From the NCBI GenBank assembly GCA_965224025.1, contig OZ245033.1:3680001-3744000 (forward strand): DNA of 64,000 nt. The letters are read 5' to 3'. Position 1 is the first letter of the stretch. Every line of letters starts with the position of its first letter. Below the pieces are notes generated by a model, which did no database searches, had not been told where the DNA came from, and saw only the letters and a list, made by a program, of their open reading frames with translations. A program made the translations under genes and the position numbers. This DNA is from Candidatus Multivorans sp. (GTDB lineage: Bacteria; Acidobacteriota; Thermoanaerobaculia; Multivoradales; Multivoraceae). Positions 40,001-49,469 of this stretch are shown here, piece after piece.

Positions 40001-40114
40001 CTCACCTACTATCCGAAGGAGGAGCCGGGAGGACCGAACTGGCGGCAGGTCAACGTGGAGCTCGGCCGCAATGGAGTGACGGCCAGGACGATCGAGGGCC
40101 GCGAGGTAAGGTAG
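37079..40114 (+). CDS. Secreted VWA-domain protein with Ig-like domains (Acidobacterial VWFA-related), paralog 1
   Basis: VELVQLYVVATD..G.PV.DL...DF, LAIDTSSS MIDAS, GRTAVW, KALVVFYDGDD, ELRSHYLLTY. Confidence 0.85.
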   Translation: MLRCSRWPATTLLWVCAASAALAQQTMTFEAEGASEADLNGQLELRVDGTPVEIESVRAAEDGWQTLVYIDFALTTPSSIHQLANSLLDQIEALLALGSLEIVVADPAARTILPPTRDLELAEAALSRLATSEEAASALVERRRLFASERQIEISRARQPQTAAGSDRTVELETVLEQMATNALRDEAAMRSNQIDELVGFLADREDLRRDEPWAGEQDDEDVPGNAGEEESGTLNARRHLVLLSDGLVTDPLSYYLELVPTAGSLAVEAAGMPGLRPVGRTAAAFGWIAAPVAFAPEDEGDGVDVRSNEVTVGFTLRFGQPRSGARQTVEEELGLFLQPSEWDVAATATGGEVLSNGMEIADWIERLPRRFEARFRLPDGVAAAGPLDLRSRDEERELRAPTVVPGAGSPDEVAEVRLRRAFEGDLDSEFEGGGNSGIEVVASIQIESTSPERTVGRVTSIIVPAAGAPPGDAASWRVSTGLHREDGSVITSHGRPFAPPDEEHLSFERPLQLPPGTDSAIVLAENLASGRWGYALVDFVDLADLREEAEARTLSRAIDLRPEDPNDRRGRVAFLAEVQEGFTDRVQRVVFYYNGRRVAARNRAPYRARIDLGRGDRLGRVEAVAFDAEDRELDRHELLVNQPPHAFWVRITEPEGGPHAGPVDVAAEVKAPRGSRLAEMRFFVKDRLAATAREEPFRREVLVPVGDPETFLRVEAQLLDGRIAEDVVFLNRPGLSARIGVELVQLYVVATDRSGQPVRDLSAADFSVFEDDRAQELESFRVAFDLPLTLGLAIDTSSSLFLRMPDVKRAATAFLDSLQASRDRAFLVGFGTEPRLVRAATYNLNAVRGGIGSLRPRGRTAVWGALSLALDQLAGLRGRKALVVFYDGDDEDSDAAFRQSLEQARRARVPVYLVLMNDEAARTDGRSFSTRTFVSKLERMAKAGGGRVYYVRHDQDLAPIFDSIRRELRSHYLLTYYPKEEPGGPNWRQVNVELGRNGVTARTIEGREVR

Positions 40115-40121
40115 CGGAGAG

Positions 40122-43100
40122 ATGATCTGCACATCTTCGCGGCGCTGGCTGTTGCCGGCCGTGACTGCAACGCTCGTCGTTCTTTCCGCAGATGTGAGTG
40201 CGGCTCAACTGCTGAACCGCGACTCCGAGATCATCTTCCAGATCCCAGCCGCGCCCGCATGGCAGCTCGACGGGACATCCATCGAGGTACTCGAGAACGG
40301 CGAATCCAGGGAAGTGCTGGCGGTCGACCGGGTCGCCGAACGCTGGCGGATCATCGTCTACTTCGACCTGCCGGGCTCGACGCCCGCGGGCATCGAGGCC
40401 GCGGCAGCAGCGGTCGACGCCTCCGCCGACGCCCTGGTGGCCCTTGGCGACATCGAAATCATCACCGCCGACCGGATCGCCGAGGGGGTTCTAGAACCTA
40501 CCGCGAACGCCCAGGAGGTGCGTGCGGCGGCCGCCGTCTTGGCCGCCCGAGCCGGCGCGGCGGGCGCGCTGCTGGAACTACGCCGGGACCTCCAGGCAAC
40601 CGCTGAAGCCCGCTCAGGCGACCCGGACGCGGACGGCCTGCGCACCGCGGACCTGCTCGATGGATTCCTGCTGGAAGTCGACACCTTGCGCTGGCAACGG
40701 GCCAACCTGCTCGAATCGCTCGAGGGCGGTGCCTGGGCAACGGGTCCGGCGCGGGCGCTGTTCCTGGTACGCGACGCCATGGACCTGAGCGGCGACGCGT
40801 TCGCGCAGCGGCTCCTGGACAAACCGACACCCGCGTTCGAGCGCGCCGCCCTCAGCGAACAGCGTCAGCAGCGCAGCCTGGCCCGCGCCGTCGCCGCTCT
40901 CGGATGGCGCGTCTACCCGCTTCACGTTGCGCCGGCGGTCGAAGGAACGGATGACCTCCTGCCCGGGCGACTGCAGGCCTCACACGATTTCGCCAATGCC
41001 AGCGGCGGCCGCGTGCTGAACGGCGAAGACGAACTGGCTGCGGCGCTCAAGGAACTCGCCGCCTCCTGGCGCCTGCGCTACCGCTCGACGGGCACGCGCG
41101 ACGGCGCCACGCACCCCGTCGACGTGCGCGTCGCGTCCTCCGGCGGACGGCCCCCCGGCGCGCCGCCGCCGGAGGTTGCCGCGCGCCGTTGGGCCACGGT
41201 CGGCGCGCCCACGGACCTGGTCGCCCTGCGCGCGAGCCGGGCGTTGGAGGCAATGAACCGGGACGGGGACGACTCCAGCATCGGCGCCAGCAGCGAACTG
41301 GCGATTCGCGGCGTCCTGCTGCCACAGGGCGTCCAGTCGACCACGGACGGCGCCGGTGCCGAACTGGTCACGCTCGACGGCGTCGCTTCGATCGGCGGCA
41401 GCCCCCCACCCTCGAGCGACTCCCTGCGAATCACTGTCCACGGCCGCGGCCTGGATGCGCCGCCCTTCCTGCTCCATCGCGCGGGAACGGGAGCCGATCT
41501 CGACGGCGGGGCCTGGCGCTTCCGCACCCTCTTCGACCTGCCGGCCGCGATCGACGAACTCGTTCTGATGGTGGAGGACCTGCGGAACGACAGGTGGCGG
41601 GTCACCTTCCTGGATCCCGGTTCGAATCCCATCGACGACCGCGGCGACGTCGAGCTGCTGGTGCCGGATACCGCCCGCGGCCAGCTTGTGGCCAAGCCGA
41701 CCGAAGCCGAGATCGTCGCTGCGGCGAGAGCTGCCTCCAGGCGCGCCGGCTGGGCCGGCGGCAGCCCTCTCCGCCAACGCACCTCCTCCGGTGACAACGC
41801 GCAAGCAGCCAGCCTGGTGCGACTGATCCCGCCCCGCGGCGAGCGGTCCGGGCTCAGCGGCAGGAGATCCTTCGGCACGGTGACGACGAGCGATGTCGTC
41901 CGCCGCGTGGAGTTCTACCTGGACGGCGAACTGGTCTTCGACGACCGGAGGAAGCCGTTCGAGAACAGGCTCGACCTGGGACCGGAGGCGGTGCCCCACA
42001 CCATCCGCATCGTCGCCTACGACCGCTCCGATCGGTGGTTGAGCGAGGACGAGTTGACGATCAACGAGCACCGCAGACGGGCGGATGTCGGCATCGCATC
42101 GGTCGAAGCGCAGCCCGGAGGCCGCTACGCCATCGAAGCCCAGGTCGAACTGGCCGCCGGCCGGCTACTGGATCGGGTCGAGTTCTACCGCAACGACCGC
42201 CTGGCGGCCACGATGACCCGGCCGCCGTTTCGCACGGTCCTGCCCGGGCCCGCGATGCCGGGCGCCGACTTCGCCCGCGTCGCCGTCTACCTCGACGACG
42301 GCACGACGATCGAGGATGTCGAGTTCCTGTCCTCCGACACACCCGTCGCCGAGACGGTCGTCAACCTGGTCGAGGTGTACGTCGTCGTCAACGACGACGA
42401 GGGCAAGCCGATCACCACGCTGACCCAGGAGGACTTCGTCCTGCTCGGCGGCCGCAACGAGATCCCGATCGAACGCTTCGCCGTCGCCGAGGACGTGCCC
42501 CTGGTGCTGGGACTCGCCGTCGACAGCTCCCGGAGCATGTACGCCTTGATGCCTGATACGCGGATTGCGGCGGCCCGCTTCCTCGGCAACACGTTGACCA
42601 CGATCGACCAGGCGTTCCTGGTCGACTTCGACAACCGCCCGCGTCTGATTGCGGACACCACCGCCGATGTCGGGGACCTGATCGGAAGCCTGAAGGACCT
42701 CCGAGCCGACGGCCAGACCGCTCTCTACGACGCGATGCAGTACAGCCTCGTTCATCTCGCACGAGACCAGGGCCGCCGCGCCCTGGTCGTCCTGACGGAC
42801 GGCGACGACCTCGGCAGCCAGAGTAGCTACCGCAGGACGTTCAGGACCGCCGGGAACACCGGTGTGCCGATCTACGTGATCTCGATGAGCCAGGAGGAGA
42901 ATCCACGGGGACGCGGTCCCCGCAAGCTCGACATGGAGGCCATCTCGAAGGCAAGCGGCGGCCGCGTCTACTACGTAGGCAGCATGGACTCGGTGCTCCG
43001 GGCCTACGCGCACATCGGCAATGAACTCAGAAGCCAGTACATGCTCGGCTACTCGACCAGCGCACCCCTGACTTCGAAGGAAGTCCAATCGATCAAGGTC

Positions 43101-43163
43101 GAGTTGAAGTCCAGGCGGCCGGACCGCGAAGTGCGGATTGCGGTCGGCCGCGGACGCGGCTAG
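40122..43163 (+). CDS. Secreted VWA-domain protein with Ig-like domains, paralog 2
   Basis: VNLVEVYVVV, LAVDSSRSM MIDAS, TALYDAM, LVVLTDGDD, ELRSQYMLGY, and two RVEFY Ig-like modules. Confidence 0.85.
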   Translation: MICTSSRRWLLPAVTATLVVLSADVSAAQLLNRDSEIIFQIPAAPAWQLDGTSIEVLENGESREVLAVDRVAERWRIIVYFDLPGSTPAGIEAAAAAVDASADALVALGDIEIITADRIAEGVLEPTANAQEVRAAAAVLAARAGAAGALLELRRDLQATAEARSGDPDADGLRTADLLDGFLLEVDTLRWQRANLLESLEGGAWATGPARALFLVRDAMDLSGDAFAQRLLDKPTPAFERAALSEQRQQRSLARAVAALGWRVYPLHVAPAVEGTDDLLPGRLQASHDFANASGGRVLNGEDELAAALKELAASWRLRYRSTGTRDGATHPVDVRVASSGGRPPGAPPPEVAARRWATVGAPTDLVALRASRALEAMNRDGDDSSIGASSELAIRGVLLPQGVQSTTDGAGAELVTLDGVASIGGSPPPSSDSLRITVHGRGLDAPPFLLHRAGTGADLDGGAWRFRTLFDLPAAIDELVLMVEDLRNDRWRVTFLDPGSNPIDDRGDVELLVPDTARGQLVAKPTEAEIVAAARAASRRAGWAGGSPLRQRTSSGDNAQAASLVRLIPPRGERSGLSGRRSFGTVTTSDVVRRVEFYLDGELVFDDRRKPFENRLDLGPEAVPHTIRIVAYDRSDRWLSEDELTINEHRRRADVGIASVEAQPGGRYAIEAQVELAAGRLLDRVEFYRNDRLAATMTRPPFRTVLPGPAMPGADFARVAVYLDDGTTIEDVEFLSSDTPVAETVVNLVEVYVVVNDDEGKPITTLTQEDFVLLGGRNEIPIERFAVAEDVPLVLGLAVDSSRSMYALMPDTRIAAARFLGNTLTTIDQAFLVDFDNRPRLIADTTADVGDLIGSLKDLRADGQTALYDAMQYSLVHLARDQGRRALVVLTDGDDLGSQSSYRRTFRTAGNTGVPIYVISMSQEENPRGRGPRKLDMEAISKASGGRVYYVGSMDSVLRAYAHIGNELRSQYMLGYSTSAPLTSKEVQSIKVELKSRRPDREVRIAVGRGRG

Positions 43164-43168
43164 CAGAG

Positions 43169-43264
43169 TTCGCCGTAGAACGCAGCGAAGCGAGTTCTCA
43201 GGCGGACGCTGCCGGCGAGGTGGGGGCTGGGGCCAAACATGGAGCCCGCGACAGGTTTGGCGGC
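43169..43264 (+). repeat. Multi-hairpin palindromic element, family D (intergenic copy)
   Basis: Aligns along its length with 55363-55457, with compensatory stem changes. Confidence 0.7.
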
Positions 43265-43265
43265 T

Positions 43266-44126
43266 CTAGGGCTCGGCGACCACCGGGTTCTCCAGCACAC
43301 CGAGGCCGTCGATCTCGATCCGCACCACATCGCCGGGAACCAGGAACTTCGGCGGCTTGTAGCCCAGGCCCACACCCGCCGGCGTGCCGGTGGTCACCAC
43401 GTCGCCAGGCTCGAGCGTACACATCGTCGAGATCGTCTCGACCAGCGTCGGACAGTCGAAGACCAGCTCGCTGGTGTTCGAGTCTTGCCGCAACTCGCCG
43501 CGCACCCAGGTGCGGATGCCGAGCGAGTTCGGAGCCCCGACCTCGTCTGAGGTGACCAGGTACGGACCCATCGGACCGTGCGTATCCCAGCCCTTGCCGA
43601 GGACCATCGTCGGCGAACGACGCTGCCAGTCGCGGACGGACACGTCGTTGACGATCGTGTAACCCGCGATCACGGCCTCCGCATCGGCTGCCGCGACGCC
43701 GCGGCAACGGCGCCCGATCACAAAGGCGAACTCGCCCTCGTAGTCGACCGCGGAGGATGCCCGCGGGATGTGAATGTCGCCGCCCGGCCGGTTGATGCAG
43801 GTGACCTGCTTGTTGAAGACCGTCGGGAACGACGGCGGCTTCTGCCCGGTCTCGGCGGCGTGGTCCGCGTAGTTCAGGCCGATAGCCAGGAACTTCCGGG
43901 GCCGCGGCACCGGGGCCAGCAGCGTCTGCTCGGCCAGCGGCGCCCGGCCGGCACCGGAGCCGACGGCGCCCCGGGCAGCGTCCATCGCTTCCTCGCCGGC
44001 CGCCAGAAACCGGCACATGCCGCGTGGCAGGTCCGGCGCTGCGACGCTCAGGTCGACCACGGTGTCCTCGTCCACCAGCACGCCGATCGCGGAACGGCCG
44101 TTCCGCAGCAGGGAAAGGAGTTTCAT
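43266..44126 (-). CDS. Fumarylacetoacetate hydrolase-family protein
   Basis: IGLNYADHAAE, VDYEGE, NDVSVRDWQ, GKGWDT, TGTPAGVG. Confidence 0.92.
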   Translation of the reverse strand: MKLLSLLRNGRSAIGVLVDEDTVVDLSVAAPDLPRGMCRFLAAGEEAMDAARGAVGSGAGRAPLAEQTLLAPVPRPRKFLAIGLNYADHAAETGQKPPSFPTVFNKQVTCINRPGGDIHIPRASSAVDYEGEFAFVIGRRCRGVAAADAEAVIAGYTIVNDVSVRDWQRRSPTMVLGKGWDTHGPMGPYLVTSDEVGAPNSLGIRTWVRGELRQDSNTSELVFDCPTLVETISTMCTLEPGDVVTTGTPAGVGLGYKPPKFLVPGDVVRIEIDGLGVLENPVVAEP

Positions 44127-44140
44127 CAGCCGGCTCCCCT

Positions 44141-46102
44141 CTACTTCGCCTTCGGCAACGCCAGGGCAATGATCTCCGCCTGGCCCTCACCGCCGACCGC
44201 CATGGCGATGTACTGGCGGCCACCGATTTCGTAGGACATCGGCGTTCCGCCAGGCGCCAGTTCCAACTCCAACTCGTGGACCACGTCGCCGGTCTTCTTG
44301 TCGTGCGCCCGGAGGACGGCGGTTTCGGCGCCGCCACCGCCGCCCATGCCCGGCGCGCCGCCCTGGGCCTGGAACAGCAGGGTGGGGGTCAGCAGCGGCC
44401 CGGCGGCGGGCGGTCCGCCAAGCGGACCTGGATCCTCACCGGTAATCCGCTCGATCGGCCCCCGCGGGCCGTCACCGAGAGGCTTCATCCAGGCATGCTC
44501 GCCGGTGTTCAGATCGATCGCCGTGATCCGGCCGTAGGGCGGCCTGGTCAGGGGCAGTCCCATCGGGCCCGGCAGGAAGAAGCTCTCGATGCCGCTCATG
44601 CCGCGGATGTAGCGGAAGTTCGAGCGGGCGCCGTCCGGCTCGGTCAGCTTGACGACCATCGGCATGGTGTAGGACGGGATGTAGATCATCGAGGTCTCGG
44701 GATCGACCGCGGCGCCGAACCAGTTCGCTCCACCCCCCCAGCCCGGCAAGAGCACGGTGCCCTGGAGCGAAGGCGGCGTAAACAGCGGTCCGTAGATCCA
44801 CCTGTCGCGGATCTTCTTGGCCGCCTCGTGCAGTTCCGGCGTGAACGAGATCAGCATGTCGTCGCTCTCGAAGCCCTGGTGCTCGTAGGGCGCCGGCCTG
44901 GTCGGGAACGGCTGGGTGGGCGAGGTGCGCTCGCCCGGCACGTCGGTCTGCGGCACCTCCCGCTCCTCGATCGGCCAGACCTCTTCGCCGGTCACGCGAT
45001 CGAAGACGTAGATGAAGCCCTGTTTCGTGATCTGGGCGACCGCCTTGATCTCCTTGCCGTCGACCGTGATGTCGACCAGGTTCGGCGCCGCCGGCACGTC
45101 GTAGTCCCACAGGCCGTGGCGGACGAATTGGAAGTGCCACACCTTCTCTCCGGTGTCGGCGTCGAGGCAGACCAGGCTCTCGGCGTAGAGGTTGTCGCCC
45201 AGGCGGTGGCCGCCGTACCAGTCGTTCGTCGGCGTGCCGGTGGGCAGGTAGACGTAGCCCAGTTCCGGGTCGCCGCTCATCAGCGACCAGACGTTCGTGT
45301 TGCCGCTGTAGGTCCAGGACTCGTTCTCCCAGGTCTCCACTCCCGGCTCGTCGCCCTGAGGGATCGTGTGGAAGATCCACTTCTGCTCACCTGTGCGCGC
45401 GTCGAAGCCGCGCACGTGGCCGGGCGGCATCTCCTTGCGCAGCGGGTCGTCCTTGATCGAGGCGCCGACGACCACCGTGTCGCCGATGATCATCGGCGCC
45501 GAGATGACGGAGTAGATGCGGCGTTGCACCGGCCGCCCGAGACCCTTCGTGAGATCGACCTTGCCCTCGGTACCGAAGCCGCCGACAGGCTCGCCGGTGT
45601 GGGCGTCGATCGCCCACAGCCAGGCTTGGTTCGTCGGCATCAGGATCCGCGCCTGCTCGCCGTCCGTCCAGTAGCCGACGCCGCGGTGGTTGTAGCCGAG
45701 GTTCGTGGGTCGGCTGGTGCGCCAGTCCTCGGTGTCGAACAACCACTTCGACTCTCCGGTCTCCCCATCGATCGCGGCCACCTGGCCATAGGAGGTCGTC
45801 ACGTAGAGCACGCCGCCGACCATCAGCGGCGTCACCTTGTAGGGGCCCGGCTGGAGCATCCGGTTCCGAGACTCCGCCTCGGCGTTGTCGGGAGACTCCC
45901 AACGCCAGGCGACCTCGAGGTCGGCCACGTTGTCGCGGTCGATCTGATCGAGCGCCGTGTACTTCGTGCTGCCGTAGTCGCCGCCGTAGGACGGCCAGTC
46001 ACCGGCGCCGACGCCCTGCTGGGCCCCGACCGCGCCAGAGCAGAAGGCCAGCAGCGCCGGAACCAGGGTCGACGATCTGAACGCTCCGTGTAATCGGGTC
46101 AA
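44141..46102 (-). CDS. Secreted PQQ-dependent dehydrogenase (glucose/quinate dehydrogenase-like)
   Basis: DWPSYGGD...KYTALDQI, TPLMVGG, GHVRGFDARTG, HGLWDYD, GGANW, PPYGRITAIDL. TTG at 46102 after GAAGGAGA. Confidence 0.88.
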   Translation of the reverse strand: MTRLHGAFRSSTLVPALLAFCSGAVGAQQGVGAGDWPSYGGDYGSTKYTALDQIDRDNVADLEVAWRWESPDNAEAESRNRMLQPGPYKVTPLMVGGVLYVTTSYGQVAAIDGETGESKWLFDTEDWRTSRPTNLGYNHRGVGYWTDGEQARILMPTNQAWLWAIDAHTGEPVGGFGTEGKVDLTKGLGRPVQRRIYSVISAPMIIGDTVVVGASIKDDPLRKEMPPGHVRGFDARTGEQKWIFHTIPQGDEPGVETWENESWTYSGNTNVWSLMSGDPELGYVYLPTGTPTNDWYGGHRLGDNLYAESLVCLDADTGEKVWHFQFVRHGLWDYDVPAAPNLVDITVDGKEIKAVAQITKQGFIYVFDRVTGEEVWPIEEREVPQTDVPGERTSPTQPFPTRPAPYEHQGFESDDMLISFTPELHEAAKKIRDRWIYGPLFTPPSLQGTVLLPGWGGGANWFGAAVDPETSMIYIPSYTMPMVVKLTEPDGARSNFRYIRGMSGIESFFLPGPMGLPLTRPPYGRITAIDLNTGEHAWMKPLGDGPRGPIERITGEDPGPLGGPPAAGPLLTPTLLFQAQGGAPGMGGGGGAETAVLRAHDKKTGDVVHELELELAPGGTPMSYEIGGRQYIAMAVGGEGQAEIIALALPKAK

Positions 46103-46294
46103 TTCGGCTTCTCCTTCAGGTGGGGTGCGCGGCCGCGCGATCATACCGGCGGTAGAGCAGGATACGGCGGTCCGGCACCCGAGTTTCCTTCTCCGCCACG
46201 TGAAGCCGCCGCGAAGCGGTCCGACTTGCCATATGCTTGCCCTCCTCTTCACAAACACGATCCTGCATCCCCCCTCGGACTCCGACAACCAAGC

Positions 46295-47740
46295 ATGCTC
46301 ACGCCGGCCACGATCGCGCTGGCCATGGCAATCCTCGCGGCCATGGGGGCCGCCGGCGCGCCCCTTGAGGACCAGACCGACGATCCGGCCCTGCCGCGAG
46401 CGTCCGAGCGGCTGCAGCGGTACCTGCGGATCGACACCACGAACCCGCCCGGCAACGAGAGCCGCGCCGTCGCCTTCTTCGCCGACATCTTCGAGCGCGA
46501 GGGCATCCCCTACGAGACCGTCGAGCCGGTAGCTGGCCGCGGCAGCATCTGGGCGCGTCTTACGGGCGGTTCGGCGCCGGGCATCGTCCTGCTCCACCAC
46601 ACGGACGTGGTGCCGGCGGACGGCCGCTTCTGGAAGCACGTCCCGCTTTCCGGCGCCTACGACGAGGGTTACCTCTACGGTCGCGGCGCCCTGGATACCA
46701 AGGGTCTGGGCATCATGCACCTGGAGGCGTTCCTCGCCCTCGCCCGATCCGGCAAGCCCCTCGACCGCGACGTCATCTTCCTCGCCACGGCCGACGAGGA
46801 GGCCGGCGGTCTCCTGGGCGCCGGCTGGCTCGTCCGCAACCGTCCGGACCTGCTCGAAGGCGTCGGTCTGCTCCTGAACGAGGGCGGCAGTGGACGCATT
46901 CTGGGCAACCGCGTGGCCTTCAGCGTCGAGGTAACGCAGAAGGTACCGCTCTGGCTGAGATTGAACGCGGTGGGTCCCGCCGGCCACGGTTCCAGTCCGT
47001 CTCCCAGAAGCGCGGTCACCGACCTTGTCGAAGCGCTGGAACGTCTGGGTCGGAACCCCTTCGCGCCTCGTATCGTGCCCGCCGTGGGTGACTTCTTCCG
47101 AAGTCTGGCTGACCTGGAGGCCGCGGCAGCCGATCTGGCCGATCCCGAGCGGCTGATCGCGGCGCCGGAACGGCTCGCCGCCCTGCACCGGACGAATCCG
47201 ATGCTGCACGCCCTGACCAGGAACACCTGCGCGGTGACCCGGCTCGAAGCGTCGAGCAAGATCAACGTCGTGGCCCCCGCCGCGACCGCCGAACTCGACT
47301 GCCGCCTGTTGCCCGATCAGAGCCCGCGCCTCTTCATCCGCGACCTGAGAGCCAGCCTCGACCAGCCGTCGGTCCAGGTCGAGGTCCTCATGTCCTTCAC
47401 GCCGGCCGTCTCCTCGACCGACACCGAGCTCTACCGCGCCATCGAGAACGTCACCGCCCGCCGCTACCCCGGGTCGTCGGTCTTGCCCGCCGTCACCGCC
47501 GGCTTCACCGACAGCCACTTCTTCCGCGACCTCGGGATCGTCGCCTATGGCTTCTCGCCGGTCGTCGTCCCGAACTCCGATCAGGGCGGCGTGCACGGCA
47601 ACAACGAGCGGATCTCGGTCCAGAACGTCGAGCGCGGTTGGCAGACGATGCTCGACCTGCTGCAGACGATCGCACTCGAGCCAGGCCGACGGCAGCCCAC
47701 GGCTGCCGGGGTCACTCCGACCGCCGGCGGCCAGGACTGA
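46295..47740 (+). CDS. Secreted M20/M25/M40-family metallopeptidase
   Basis: NPPGNE, HHTDVVPA, GRGALDTK, DEEAGG, GHGS, FTDSH, HGNNER. Confidence 0.9.
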   Translation: MLTPATIALAMAILAAMGAAGAPLEDQTDDPALPRASERLQRYLRIDTTNPPGNESRAVAFFADIFEREGIPYETVEPVAGRGSIWARLTGGSAPGIVLLHHTDVVPADGRFWKHVPLSGAYDEGYLYGRGALDTKGLGIMHLEAFLALARSGKPLDRDVIFLATADEEAGGLLGAGWLVRNRPDLLEGVGLLLNEGGSGRILGNRVAFSVEVTQKVPLWLRLNAVGPAGHGSSPSPRSAVTDLVEALERLGRNPFAPRIVPAVGDFFRSLADLEAAAADLADPERLIAAPERLAALHRTNPMLHALTRNTCAVTRLEASSKINVVAPAATAELDCRLLPDQSPRLFIRDLRASLDQPSVQVEVLMSFTPAVSSTDTELYRAIENVTARRYPGSSVLPAVTAGFTDSHFFRDLGIVAYGFSPVVVPNSDQGGVHGNNERISVQNVERGWQTMLDLLQTIALEPGRRQPTAAGVTPTAGGQD

Positions 47741-47750
47741 CGCGGCGGTC

Positions 47751-47848
47751 ACCGGCCTTTGGCCGGCGGCATTATCTGGCCGCCTCCGGCGGCAGCGGGT
47801 CAGAAGACCCGCATCAAGCGCGATGCCGCGAAGCGGCGAGCGCGAGCC
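47751..47848. repeat. Intergenic cluster of family B (47751-47796) and family C (47811-47848) palindromic repeats
   Basis: Matches the reverse complements of ~3019-3065 and 32003-32040. Confidence 0.65.
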
Positions 47849-47867
47849 GACGGCTAGGATCGCCCAC

Positions 47868-49445
47868 ATGAAGCACGCACCCTCCATCGCCTTCGCCCTC
47901 ATCCTTCCGGCCTTTCTCGCCTGCGCCGCCGAGCCGCCCGACCCCTTCCTCGTCCAGACCGCCGCAGGTCTGGTTCAAGGCTTCGCTCCGGAAGGCAGCG
48001 ACGACATCGCCGCCTTCCTCGGCATCCCCTTCGCCGAAGCCCCTCAGGGCAATCTGCGCTGGCGCTCACCCCAACCCGCCGGCTCCTGGGACGAACCCCT
48101 CCAGGCCAGCGAGTACGGCCCCATCTGCCCGCAGGGGCGCGCGCAGCTCCCCCAGAGCGAGGATTGCCTGTACCTGAACGTGTGGACGCCGACGGACCCC
48201 GGCGACGACGAACCGCTGCCGGTCATGGTCTGGATTCACGGCGGCGGCTTCCGAGCCGGCAACGGCCGTCTCGGCGAAGCCCCCGAGACCGGCCGCGGCG
48301 CCGGCCTGGCACGACGCGGTGTGGTCGTGGTCAGCATCCAGTACCGGCTGGGAGCGCTCGGCTTCTTCGCCCACCCCGCCCTGGCCGCCGAGGCCGCGGC
48401 CTCCGGCGAACCCGAGGGGAGCCACGGCGTGCTCGACATGATCGCCGCCCTCGAATGGGTGCAGCGAAACGCCGCGGCCTTCGGCGGCGATCCGGACCGG
48501 GTGACGATCTTCGGGGTCTCCGCCGGCGGGATGGCGGTGAACACCCTGATGAGCACGCCCGAGGCCGCCGGCCTGTTCCACCGCGCGATCGCGGAGAGCG
48601 GCTACGGCACCTGGCGGCTGCCCCACATCAGCGAAGCCCGCTGGGGACTGCCCTCGGCCCGCGAGCAGGGCGCGGCCGTGATCGCCGAAGCCGGCTTCGA
48701 CCTTGGCGAGGCACCCTCCGCCGACCATCTCCGGACACTGCCGTTCGAGGAACTGGGCGCGCTTGGCACCGGCTTCTGGGTGCCGATTACAGGGACCGTG
48801 CTCCCCGACGAGCCCGGGATCGTGTTCGCCCGCGGCGAGCAGCACGACGTGCCGTACATCACCGGCGGCAACAGCTTCGAAGGGACCATCTTCCGCGCCT
48901 TCCAGGTGGCCCCCGGCGACCACTTCGCCGCCTTCGGCGTGCGCGAGCAGCAGGCCCGAAGCCTCTACGGCGCAAACGGCGACACGGACGTCGACGCCGA
49001 GCGCGTCGCCGCGGCCACTCTGTTCGGCGACCAGCGCTACGTCATCTCCGCCCGCTACCTCGCGGATCAGATGAAGACCGTCTCCTCGCCGGCACGCACC
49101 TACTACTTCCAGTTCGTCCCCGAGGCGCAGCGCGAGACGTTCCCCGGCGCCCCCCACGGTTCCGAGGTCGCCTACGCCTTCGGCGCCACGAACGACCCGG
49201 AGTCCGAGCGCAACTCCGGCGCGGACGGCGCCGCCCTCGGCGACGCGATGGCCGGCTACTGGACCCGCTTCGCCGCCACCGGCGACCCGAACGGCGACGG
49301 CGCCCCGGACTGGCCCGAGTACGATGGCGAGAGCGACACGTGGATGGTGCTCGACGCGCCACAGCCGAGGGCGATGCAGGGTGTGATCAAGGACAAGCTG
49401 GACCTGCTGGAGGCCGTGTACCTGGCGCGGATCGGCGGGGAGTAG
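47868..49445 (+). CDS. Type-B carboxylesterase, probable lipoprotein
   Basis: FLAC lipobox, FLGIPFA, SEDCLYLNVW, WIHGGGF, GVSAGG nucleophile elbow, GAPHGSE. Confidence 0.92.
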   Translation: MKHAPSIAFALILPAFLACAAEPPDPFLVQTAAGLVQGFAPEGSDDIAAFLGIPFAEAPQGNLRWRSPQPAGSWDEPLQASEYGPICPQGRAQLPQSEDCLYLNVWTPTDPGDDEPLPVMVWIHGGGFRAGNGRLGEAPETGRGAGLARRGVVVVSIQYRLGALGFFAHPALAAEAAASGEPEGSHGVLDMIAALEWVQRNAAAFGGDPDRVTIFGVSAGGMAVNTLMSTPEAAGLFHRAIAESGYGTWRLPHISEARWGLPSAREQGAAVIAEAGFDLGEAPSADHLRTLPFEELGALGTGFWVPITGTVLPDEPGIVFARGEQHDVPYITGGNSFEGTIFRAFQVAPGDHFAAFGVREQQARSLYGANGDTDVDAERVAAATLFGDQRYVISARYLADQMKTVSSPARTYYFQFVPEAQRETFPGAPHGSEVAYAFGATNDPESERNSGADGAALGDAMAGYWTRFAATGDPNGDGAPDWPEYDGESDTWMVLDAPQPRAMQGVIKDKLDLLEAVYLARIGGE

Positions 49446-49469
49446 GTGACGAGATGGCTTCGTCGCGCC

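Noticed and set aside
46103-47902. 1253-aa ORF (44141-47902) as a giant PQQ-dehydrogenase fusion
   Set aside because: The first ~600 codons are the antisense shadow of the M20 peptidase. The RBS and signal peptide point to a start at 46102.
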